A stretch of 55,306 nt of DNA from assembly GCA_040388575.1 (NCBI GenBank), contig JAZKBO010000001.1:74776-130081 (forward strand). The letters run 5' to 3'. The notes under the pieces are model-generated. The model did no database searches, was not told the DNA's origin, and saw only the letters and a list, made by a program, of their open reading frames with translations. The DNA comes from Patescibacteria group bacterium. GTDB taxonomy: Bacteria; Patescibacteriota; Minisyncoccia; Phycocordibacterales; UBA9973. The first letter of the stretch is position 1. Each line of letters begins with the position of its first letter. Shown here in pieces: positions 1 to 7,844 of this stretch. The translations under genes and the position numbers were made by a program.

Positions 1-1
1 T

Positions 2-259
2 GGAACAGAGTGCCCGCACTGCGAGCGGATGCATGTGTTGGTGGAAAGACTAGAAAAAGAGGAGAACTTAAAGATGGATCGTATTGAGGTCTGGCATAAC
101 AAAGATAATCAAAACCGATTAGTAGAGCTCGATAAGAATAGATGTGGGGGAGTGCCCTTTTTCTACAACACGGAAACGAATGAATGGATCTGTGGCGAGG
201 AAGAATACGATAAATTTAAAGAGTGGGCTAAGGGAGGGAAGGGACATCAAGAGTCATAG
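2..259 (+). CDS. thioredoxin-fold / glutaredoxin-like protein, 5' end cut by window edge
   Basis: Frame is open from nt 2. CPHC redox motif at nt 11-22 and a GVPFF motif. Stop TAG at 257-259. Confidence 0.6.
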   Translation, partial: GTECPHCERMHVLVERLEKEENLKMDRIEVWHNKDNQNRLVELDKNRCGGVPFFYNTETNEWICGEEEYDKFKEWAKGGKGHQES

Positions 260-293
260 GTAATCTAGGTTCGTTTAATCCGTCTTATATTAT

Positions 294-1091
294 ATGTCTA
301 TAATTGAAGTAAAAAATTTAACTAAAAAGTTCGGCGATTTTAAAGCAGTGGATGACATATCTTTTTCTGTTGAGGGCGGTAAAATATTCGCTTTTTTGGG
401 GCCAAATGGGGCCGGCAAAACTACTACTATTAAAATGCTCACAACACTTTTAACCCCAACAGCGGGTGAGGTGAAAGTAAATAATTTTAATCTTAAAAAA
501 GAGCGTGACAATGTCCGTAAATCCTTCGGCATAGTTTTCCAAGATCCATCGCTCGATGATGATCTCTCTGCGTATGAGAATATGGAATTCCATGCAATTT
601 TATATGGTGAAGGCAAAGCTGTGCGTAAAGTGCGTATAGAGGAGCTTTTAAAATTAGTGGATCTATGGGACAGGAAGGATGATTATGTTAAAACTTTCTC
701 CGGTGGCATGAAGCGCCGGCTAGAAATTGCCCGCTCGCTTATCCATACCCCTAAAATAATTTTCTTAGATGAGCCTACGGTTGGCCTTGACCCTCAAACC
801 CGCAATCATATCTGGTCCTATGTGGTAAATCTCTCAAAAAAGGAAGGAGTTACAGTTTTCCTTACTACCCACTATATGGAAGAGGCAGAAAAAATGGCAG
901 ACAAAGTTGCCATTATCGACCATGGCAAAATTATCGGTGCAGGTACACCTGAGGAACTTAAAAATAAAACCCAGACTAATTCATTAGAGGATGCATTTTT
1001 AAAATTAACTGGGGATGCCATTCGTCCCGATGAGGCAAGTTCACTAGACACTTTACGTTCACATGCCCGAATGTGGGGCCGTAAGAGATAA
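294..1091 (+). CDS. ABC transporter ATP-binding protein (ABC-2 / DrrA-like exporter)
   Basis: Walker A GPNGAGKT, signature SGGMKRR, Walker B IIFLDEP. Followed 10 nt later by an ABC-2 permease. Confidence 0.9.
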   Translation: MSIIEVKNLTKKFGDFKAVDDISFSVEGGKIFAFLGPNGAGKTTTIKMLTTLLTPTAGEVKVNNFNLKKERDNVRKSFGIVFQDPSLDDDLSAYENMEFHAILYGEGKAVRKVRIEELLKLVDLWDRKDDYVKTFSGGMKRRLEIARSLIHTPKIIFLDEPTVGLDPQTRNHIWSYVVNLSKKEGVTVFLTTHYMEEAEKMADKVAIIDHGKIIGAGTPEELKNKTQTNSLEDAFLKLTGDAIRPDEASSLDTLRSHARMWGRKR

Positions 1092-1101
1092 ATAAAAATA
1101 T

Positions 1102-1848
1102 ATGAACGCAATATACGTACTTTGGATACGACAACTTAAAAAATACGGGAGATCTATGCCGCGCATCATCGGCTCCTTGGGACAGCCAGTACTCTTCCTA
1201 TTAGTTTTCGGCTTCGGCTTCGGCTCTATCTTCTCTAAAGCAGGGCAGGGGAATTATATTCAATTCTTAGCTCCGGGTATCGTGGCGATGGCGGTAATCT
1301 TTACAGCAATATTTGGCGGCATTGAGCTCATTTGGGACAGGCAGTTCGGATTTTTAAAAGAAACCATGGTGGCACCGGTATCACGCTTCAATATAATGCT
1401 AGGGCGTACATTGGGCGGAGCTAGTGTGTCGGTAATTCAAGGGATAGCCGTTCTTATTATTTCTTTTTTAGTTGGGTTTAGAATTCATAATATTTTAATG
1501 CTGATCCCGGCAATAGTATTTATGTTTTTAGCTGCGTTCTTCTTCACTGCGCTAGGCACCACTATTGCTTCTAAGCTCACCGACATGCAGGCATTTCCGA
1601 TTATTATGAACTTTCTAGTTATGCCACTCTTCTTCCTCTCTGGCTCCATCTTTCCGCTTGATACTGCACCTAAGGCTCTCCAGATCCTGGGTCGAATAGA
1701 TCCACTATCTTATGCTATCGACGGGTTACGATATTCCTTTTTGGGAGTTTCAGTCAATAATCCTTGGACGGATATTTTAGTGCTACTTGGATTTTCTATA
1801 GTCATTGTTTTTATTGGCAAATACTTCTTCGAAAAAATGGAAGCGTAA
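1102..1848 (+). CDS. ABC-2 type transporter permease
   Basis: 248 aa with about six hydrophobic spans. Immediately downstream of the ATPase. Confidence 0.85.
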   Translation: MNAIYVLWIRQLKKYGRSMPRIIGSLGQPVLFLLVFGFGFGSIFSKAGQGNYIQFLAPGIVAMAVIFTAIFGGIELIWDRQFGFLKETMVAPVSRFNIMLGRTLGGASVSVIQGIAVLIISFLVGFRIHNILMLIPAIVFMFLAAFFFTALGTTIASKLTDMQAFPIIMNFLVMPLFFLSGSIFPLDTAPKALQILGRIDPLSYAIDGLRYSFLGVSVNNPWTDILVLLGFSIVIVFIGKYFFEKMEA

Positions 1849-1923
1849 TTTAACATTTTTGTATGATACAATAAGTGTACTCTGGATACAGATAAAAAAA
1901 TCAAAATATCCGAATTTTTACTT

Positions 1924-2865
1924 GTGTTATTAACAAGCCTTTTTTTGTTTATTAACACATCAGCTCTTTTAGACATTGGATGGGGTAGGGCTCAAAATTT
2001 TGAACTAGGGTGGATATTTTTAGGGCCTTTAATGATATTAGAATCAATAATATTGTCTCTAGCAGCCTTGGCATATCTACGTTATGTCCTAAAAGCAAAC
2101 AAAAACCCTATAATTGTTTTCTGGTGCCTTTTTTCTTCTTTTATTGTAGATTTTACATTTATATTTTTTACCGATCACTACCACAGTCCTTTTCCCATAG
2201 ATTCTAATCCTTTTCTGTCGCTGAATATTATTATAATAACCGCGGCAGTTATTCTCACTGCAGTCTTCTCTTTAATTTCTCTCAGAAAAGACGAACTTTT
2301 ATCAAAAAAATTTAAAAACAAACTCATCCTCGCAATAATATGTTTTGTAATTTACTTTGCTGGTGTGTTAGCTTATTCTATTCACTATCGCATTACAACA
2401 GAGGAGGCAAATAATATTGCACAGGAAATTGTCGATAAAAGCAAAGCCAAAGATCAGCAAGATTGGAATGATGCACTATCGTCAGGATTTAAGGTTGCTG
2501 TGTTGCTAAATGGTAAATCAATACCTAATGCGGAATTGTATTATAGAATAACTCGACGAGATAAAACTATTACGGATAATAAATATATCTATAATATTGA
2601 TAATGAAGGCGACGGTCTCGCTTTAGAAAACGACAGAATGCCCCCAGGTGATTATATAATTGCTCCAATTATCGGAAACGAATGTGATGCTTATGCTATT
2701 TCGGCCCTTGGTAAAAACCCAAATCTTGACGTTAATAAATTAAATTTTAGAGGACCGTATTATATTGGAAGTAAAATTTTAAATTTAAATATCGACATAA
2801 GTAATGCAGAATACCAAATTTTATTAAAAATGCAACCCCCACACCCCTGTAAATACGGATACTAA
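1924..2865 (+). CDS. hypothetical polytopic membrane protein with soluble C-terminal domain
   Basis: 313-codon ORF from GTG 1924; the first ATG is at 2032, so the start is uncertain. Five or six TM segments, then a Cys-containing domain. No family recognised. Confidence 0.5.
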   Translation: MLLTSLFLFINTSALLDIGWGRAQNFELGWIFLGPLMILESIILSLAALAYLRYVLKANKNPIIVFWCLFSSFIVDFTFIFFTDHYHSPFPIDSNPFLSLNIIIITAAVILTAVFSLISLRKDELLSKKFKNKLILAIICFVIYFAGVLAYSIHYRITTEEANNIAQEIVDKSKAKDQQDWNDALSSGFKVAVLLNGKSIPNAELYYRITRRDKTITDNKYIYNIDNEGDGLALENDRMPPGDYIIAPIIGNECDAYAISALGKNPNLDVNKLNFRGPYYIGSKILNLNIDISNAEYQILLKMQPPHPCKYGY

Positions 2866-2891
2866 AAAAGCCCCCATCTGGGGGCTTTTTT
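2864..2891. terminator. bidirectional rho-independent terminator
   Basis: Stem GCCCCC (2870-2875) / GGGGGC (2880-2885) with loop ATCT, flanked by an A6 run and a T6 run. Lies between convergent genes. Confidence 0.75.
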
Positions 2892-2904
2892 ATTGGAGAG
2901 AATA

Positions 2905-3102
2905 TTATGCGCGTTGAACGTTCACAGCATTCAATCCCTTTGGAGATTCCTCTGTTTCGAAAGAAACAGCATCACCTTCCTTGAGCTCGTCAAAAGTAAC
3001 GCCTACAAGAGAATTTGAGTGAAAGAATAAATCTTTCTGCAAACCTTCGCCTGTGATAAAGCCGAAACCTTTGTCTGTCAATCTTTTTATTGTACCAGTC
3101 AT
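2905..3102 (-). CDS. cold-shock protein (CspA family)
   Basis: 65 aa with KGFGFI (RNP1-like) and FFH (RNP2-like) motifs. A ~130 nt untranslated region lies upstream. Confidence 0.9.
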   Translation of the reverse strand: MTGTIKRLTDKGFGFITGEGLQKDLFFHSNSLVGVTFDELKEGDAVSFETEESPKGLNAVNVQRA

Positions 3103-3232
3103 TGAGTTTTTTATATTTAGTTAGTAATTACAAATAGATGTACCTAAGAAATCGACTCTTCCTCCACCTCACTTTGTCTTACAAGTATAGCATATTGGGT
3201 ATTAAAAGTCAAGCACTATTTCCTGGCAGTTT

Positions 3233-3646
3233 CTATGGTGTCAAAGGGGCAGGTCTTATCTGCACAGATTCGGCATTGATGCTACCGTCAGTATTTGGAG
3301 TTCCAGTAATGATTACTGTTGTGCCAGTAACAAGGTCGGCAGCGGTGCCATCAACCGACTTCATTATTTTTGTGCTAGGTCCAAAGAAAACTATTTTCGA
3401 GCCGCCGCCTGGGAGGCTTATAGTCATGCTTTTGTCGTCTTTAGAAATAATTTGGCCGAATGTATTGCCTCCCATACCTCGTCCACCACCATTCATCCCA
3501 CCAAATTGAGCTGTCCTATTCATTCCACCCAAGCGCATCATGTTGGCAGCTGTTACCTTACTTTTGCCATAATTCATTCCAATAAAAAACGCTACAACTG
3601 CAACTACTACCAACAAAACAAACGGAACCATTTTTTTATTTTGCAT
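3233..3646 (-). CDS. hypothetical secreted/membrane-anchored Gly-rich protein
   Basis: 137 aa. N-terminal TM/signal (VPFVLLVVVAVVAFFIG), then a GGMN/GGGRGMGG low-complexity stretch. Last gene of the efflux operon. Confidence 0.5.
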   Translation of the reverse strand: MQNKKMVPFVLLVVVAVVAFFIGMNYGKSKVTAANMMRLGGMNRTAQFGGMNGGGRGMGGNTFGQIISKDDKSMTISLPGGGSKIVFFGPSTKIMKSVDGTAADLVTGTTVIITGTPNTDGSINAESVQIRPAPLTP

Positions 3647-3669
3647 AATTCTTTTTTATTAATTAATAA

Positions 3670-4878
3670 TTATTCATAACGCAATGCATCAATAGGATTT
3701 AACATTCCAGCACGCCGGGCAGGGTAGTAGCCGAAGATGATTCCAATACCGGCTGACACACCGAAGGCTAGGAAAATGGACATGAGTGACACCTGAGTCT
3801 CCAAAATACCCAGATGAGTTATCGCAAAACATATCAGCCAGCCCAAAATTATTCCTATGCCGCCACCGATAAAGGTCAGCATTACAGCTTCAACTAAGAA
3901 CTGGGTATTAATATCTTTGCGTTTTGCCCCAATGGCTTTACGGAGCCCAATCTCCTTCGTTCGTTCAGTTACAGTAGTGAGCATCATATTCATAATGCCA
4001 ATGCCGCCCACGAGGAGTGAGATTGATGCAATAGCCGCCAAGACTAGGGTGAAAGTATCTATCACGGTGCTCAGTGTACCCAAAATATCTTCTTGTGAAA
4101 TAATTGAAAAATCTGCTTCCGCCACATTGTGTTGGTTGAGGAGGGCCTCTGTAGCTAGTTCTTTAACATCCGCCATCTGATTTTTATCAGCCACCGAAAC
4201 AGCAATCATAGAAAGGTAGTCATCTCCGGAAAGTATTTTTTGCATTGTAGAAAGCGGCACGAAGATCATGTCGTCTGGTCCAGAAAATCCCGCGCCTCCT
4301 TTAGATGCCAAAAGTCCAACTACCGTAAAGTTAACCTTATTTATTCGAACAGTTTTTCCAAGTGGGTCCTGATCCATAAATAAATCCGTAGCCACTGTCG
4401 CGCCTAGGACTGCTTGTCGGCCAATACTGCGATCATTGGCATCCGAAATAAAAGTTCCTTCTGCCAAGTTTATATTGTGTACTACAGCATAATCAGCCAC
4501 GACGCCCGTGGTGGTGGTATTGGTATTATTGCCCTCGGCAACGATTTGGAACCGTCGGGAGTCTTCCGGCGATACTGCAGCCACGCCGTCTATCGCGCGC
4601 AAGATATCGACGTCCTTATTCTTTAGTGTCTGGGCACTACCTCGCCCCGAGGAAACAATTCCTCGCCCTGGCTGGACTATGCCCGGAAGGATTGTAAGCA
4701 AATTGGAGCCCAGTCCTTCGATGCTCGTCTGAATTGAAACCTTAGCTCCATTACCAATCGAGACCATCGCAATCACTGAAGAAATGCCTATGATAATCCC
4801 CAGCATAGTTAGGCCGGAACGCGCTTTGTTGGCGGAAAGGGATCTATATGTTTCATTGAAAATGTCTCTTATTTTCAT
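3670..4878 (-). CDS. ABC transporter permease, MacB/FtsX family
   Basis: 402 aa: N-terminal TM, a large periplasmic domain, and a C-terminal FtsX-like 3-TM bundle. Its start overlaps the ATPase stop by 4 nt. Confidence 0.9.
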   Translation of the reverse strand: MKIRDIFNETYRSLSANKARSGLTMLGIIIGISSVIAMVSIGNGAKVSIQTSIEGLGSNLLTILPGIVQPGRGIVSSGRGSAQTLKNKDVDILRAIDGVAAVSPEDSRRFQIVAEGNNTNTTTTGVVADYAVVHNINLAEGTFISDANDRSIGRQAVLGATVATDLFMDQDPLGKTVRINKVNFTVVGLLASKGGAGFSGPDDMIFVPLSTMQKILSGDDYLSMIAVSVADKNQMADVKELATEALLNQHNVAEADFSIISQEDILGTLSTVIDTFTLVLAAIASISLLVGGIGIMNMMLTTVTERTKEIGLRKAIGAKRKDINTQFLVEAVMLTFIGGGIGIILGWLICFAITHLGILETQVSLMSIFLAFGVSAGIGIIFGYYPARRAGMLNPIDALRYE

Positions 4879-5582
4879 ATATTTTTTATTATACGTTTCG
4901 TATGAGTAGTTTTATCTTCGATCAGTTTTCCGTCTTTTATGTATAAAATTCTGTCAGCGTGTTCGGCTACGTCTTGTTCGTGTGTAATTAAAATTATTGT
5001 GCGCCCCAACTCTTTATTTAATCTTTGAAATGTACCGATAACTATGTCGCCAGTTTTGGAATCCAAATTTCCTGTTGGTTCGTCCGCTAGTATGAGCGAT
5101 GGGTTATTTACCAAGGCTCTAGCGATTGCCACGCGCTGGATCTGTCCGCCGGATATTTGGTTCGATAAATTATGAAAGTGTCCTTCATCTAGGCCTGCGG
5201 AGTGCAGCGCACTCTTGGCACGGGTTTCTCGCTCTTCCATATTCACCCCAGCATATACCAGGGGGAGCATGACATTACGTAATACTGTAGTTCGTGGGAG
5301 TAGATTAAATGACTGAAATACGAAGCCAATTTTATCTCGGCGGATATCAGCCAGCTCATCATCCGAAAGGGTAGAAACATCTTTACCGTCTAGTAGATAG
5401 GTTCCTGAAGTGGGGCTATCGAGCGCCCCCAGCATATGCATCAAGGTCGATTTACCAGAACCAGATGGCCCCATGATTGCTACAAACTCGCCATCAGCAA
5501 CTGTGAAGGAAACACCGTTCAATGCGTTGAATTCCACATCACCAGTCTTGTAAGTTTTTGTAATATTTTTCAGTGTAATCAT
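4875..5582 (-). CDS. ABC transporter ATP-binding protein (MacB/LolD-like)
   Basis: Walker A GPSGSGKST, signature LSGGQIQR, Walker B LILADEPTGNLD. Confidence 0.9.
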   Translation of the reverse strand: MITLKNITKTYKTGDVEFNALNGVSFTVADGEFVAIMGPSGSGKSTLMHMLGALDSPTSGTYLLDGKDVSTLSDDELADIRRDKIGFVFQSFNLLPRTTVLRNVMLPLVYAGVNMEERETRAKSALHSAGLDEGHFHNLSNQISGGQIQRVAIARALVNNPSLILADEPTGNLDSKTGDIVIGTFQRLNKELGRTIILITHEQDVAEHADRILYIKDGKLIEDKTTHTKRIIKNI

Positions 5583-5608
5583 TTGTCGATCATTAAATTT
5601 TACGAATA

Positions 5609-7273
5609 TTAATTAGCTCGGAACGTTCCTCCTCTTGCGCCACCAGCCGCTCCTCCAGTAGTTGCTCGAGTAGGGGAGCCAAAGAGACTAGGGGCAGCAG
5701 CAGTTACAGTGGTGCCCGAAATAGTCCTGGTGACAATTTCATCACCTTCATTTATTCCAGAGATAATTTCTGTTGCCGAATCATTTGAGATCCCGATCTC
5801 GACTGGAACTTTATTTGGGGCAATAAGGGATATAGAACCAATCAGGCCATCAGTTGGTGGAACAAGCGGTGCATCGAACATCTCTACGTAGTGCTGCCCG
5901 CCTTGGGACTTTACAGCGCTATTTGGAACTTCCAGCACATCTTGTTTCATGTCGGTAATTACTGCCGCGGACACACTCATGCCTGTTTTTACCCTACTAT
6001 CTTCAGTATCGAAATTTATTTTGACATCATAAGTAACTACGCCTTGGGATACGGTGCCAATCGGGTCAATCTCAGTAACCTCGCCTGAAATAGTTAGATC
6101 TGGAATTGCGTCGAAGGTCAAAGTTGCCTTTTGGCCTACTTTTATTTTAGCCACATCCACTTCATTGAGTGAAATTAGTGCTAGTTGTTTAGGGGTAACC
6201 AAGCTAGCTACAGCGGTGCTAGTGCTGACACTATCACCCTTCTTTAAATCTAAACCTGCAATAGTGCCTGCGTATGGCGCCCGGAGGAAATAATCTGCTA
6301 ATTTATCCTTGGCATCCACTAGCGCATTTTCTTTTTGAGTAACTGCAAGCTCCGCGCTTTGCAAATCTAAATCAGTATTTTGTGATGTATCTTTAGTATT
6401 CTCAATATTTGTCCCGGCTGCAAGTAACGCTGTTTGATGCCCATTTACGGTGTTGATATATGTTGTAAGAGAGCTTTGTTCTTGTGAAAAAGCGGAACCA
6501 CTACTAGAATGCTCTGACATGTAATCTACAAAAGTAATCATATTTTTTAGGGTATCAGATAGGATCTGGGTTGTTATGTAAGTTTGCTTAATGATATTTT
6601 CAATATCAGCCTTCGGGGAATTAATTGAAAGAGCGGTGTAAGCCTCTCTGCTTTTTTTAAATGATGAATTAGCTAAAAAGTATGAGGATTCCGCTTTCGT
6701 TCTATAGTCTCGTGCAGTACTAGAGACAATACCCGCAGCATTGTCTGACAAGGCTGTTTCATCTAATATATCCTCAACACCAGTAACTATAGATGGTAGA
6801 TCTAAAAAAGTGTCTGAGACAGCACTAAAACCATCATTGTATGCCTTAAGAGCATCCGCAGATAGATTTGCTTCGGAATTAGTAATTTTGAATTTTTCCA
6901 GCGCAAGCTTGGCACTAGTTAGGCTCGCGTCCGCATCTCTAACAGCCTTCTGTGCATCACTCGGATCAATTTCTATAATTAATGCCCCAGCACCTACCTG
7001 GTCGCCATTTTTTGCACCGATATATACTATGTCTCCAGAAGCTTTAGCCTTGAGGTCTATTTGATTAACGTCGGAAACTTGGCCTGTGCCCGAGACGGAG
7101 GCCACGATTGTACCCTTCTCTGCTTTTGCAGTAACATAGCGATTTTCTCCTGCAGTGCTAGTCACTTTCTTATACGTATAATAACCACCACCAAGAATTA
7201 CTAGTATTAAAATCCCACTGGTTATTTTGTGAGCCAGGGCGAACATTTTTATTTTACTAAATATATTTGTCAT
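5609..7273 (-). CDS. HlyD/MacA-type periplasmic adaptor (membrane fusion) protein
   Basis: 554 aa: N-terminal TM, lipoyl/barrel-sandwich-like segments around a long coiled-coil insert, and a Gly-rich tail. Operon context with a MacB-type pump. Confidence 0.8.
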   Translation of the reverse strand: MTNIFSKIKMFALAHKITSGILILVILGGGYYTYKKVTSTAGENRYVTAKAEKGTIVASVSGTGQVSDVNQIDLKAKASGDIVYIGAKNGDQVGAGALIIEIDPSDAQKAVRDADASLTSAKLALEKFKITNSEANLSADALKAYNDGFSAVSDTFLDLPSIVTGVEDILDETALSDNAAGIVSSTARDYRTKAESSYFLANSSFKKSREAYTALSINSPKADIENIIKQTYITTQILSDTLKNMITFVDYMSEHSSSGSAFSQEQSSLTTYINTVNGHQTALLAAGTNIENTKDTSQNTDLDLQSAELAVTQKENALVDAKDKLADYFLRAPYAGTIAGLDLKKGDSVSTSTAVASLVTPKQLALISLNEVDVAKIKVGQKATLTFDAIPDLTISGEVTEIDPIGTVSQGVVTYDVKINFDTEDSRVKTGMSVSAAVITDMKQDVLEVPNSAVKSQGGQHYVEMFDAPLVPPTDGLIGSISLIAPNKVPVEIGISNDSATEIISGINEGDEIVTRTISGTTVTAAAPSLFGSPTRATTGGAAGGARGGTFRAN

Positions 7274-7280
7274 ATAAATT

Positions 7281-7715
7281 TTACTTGTTTATTTTTAATA
7301 ATATCTTTTTTTGCAATGTTAAATACGTGCGAAGATCCTTTTCACTAAGGGCGCCAAATAATATAGTCATCTTTTTTAATCTGCGTTTTTTAAAGTCGAC
7401 GACACGTTGGTGGCCTTTAGTAGATAGTTCCAAGTGAAGAGCCCGGCGGTCCTTTGAATTTGCCTTACGTATTACATAACCCTTGTGTGCGAGCCCATCC
7501 ACCAGCTGGGTAGTGGCACTTGATGAAATATTTAGCATTTTTGCTATTTCCTTAATCCCGATATTTTGATTTTGATGAATGATCGCCAAAACAAAGAGTT
7601 GAGAGTGGGTGATGCCGTCCTTTTGGTTGTGCAGGATGTTTTTAACATGCATCTTGCCTCGCATGGCATGAGAGTTGGCTGTTATCTCTTCAATTAATTT
7701 TTTTCTATTTGACAT
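7281..7715 (-). CDS. MarR family transcriptional regulator
   Basis: 144 aa winged-HTH pattern (ISSSATTQLVDGLAHKGYVIRKANSKDRR). First gene of the efflux operon. Confidence 0.85.
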   Translation of the reverse strand: MSNRKKLIEEITANSHAMRGKMHVKNILHNQKDGITHSQLFVLAIIHQNQNIGIKEIAKMLNISSSATTQLVDGLAHKGYVIRKANSKDRRALHLELSTKGHQRVVDFKKRRLKKMTILFGALSEKDLRTYLTLQKKILLKINK

Positions 7716-7746
7716 AAGATATTTACTAAGAATATCGAAATTTCTA

Positions 7747-7758
7747 ATACTTAAGTAT
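7747..7758. promoter_or_regulatory. perfect 12-nt palindrome ATACTTAAGTAT, candidate MarR operator
   Basis: Self-complementary 12-mer that overlaps the -10 box / start region of the marR-efflux promoter. Confidence 0.4.
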
Positions 7759-7785
7759 CTTAATCAATTTAGATACAAATGTCAA
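7757..7785 (-). promoter_or_regulatory. sigma70-type promoter of marR-efflux operon
   Basis: Read on the minus strand: TTGACA (7780-7785), 17-nt spacer, TAAGAT (7757-7762). Confidence 0.5.
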
Positions 7786-7786
7786 C

Positions 7787-7819
7787 AAAACGCTCCACCC
7801 GGGAGGGGAGAAGCGTTTT
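7787..7819 (-). terminator. terminator hairpin after the large surface-protein gene
   Basis: AAAACGCT (7787-7794) pairs with AGCGTTTT (7812-7819) around a GC-rich inner stem. A T-rich run follows on the minus strand. Confidence 0.6.
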
Positions 7820-7844
7820 GTGGGGGTATACTGCTTAGCTTATA

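Noticed and set aside
1-30. Slightly GC-rich first ~28 nt of the window, considered as another cassette edge.
   Set aside because: It encodes the CPHC active site of the truncated thioredoxin-fold gene in frame. The stretch is too short to distinguish from normal local variation.
3138-3679. 123-aa and 75-aa plus-strand ORFs opposite the Gly-rich secreted protein gene.
   Set aside because: They are antisense to a gene with a clear signal/TM and operon context, and they are Pro-rich translation artefacts of the Gly codons on the other strand.
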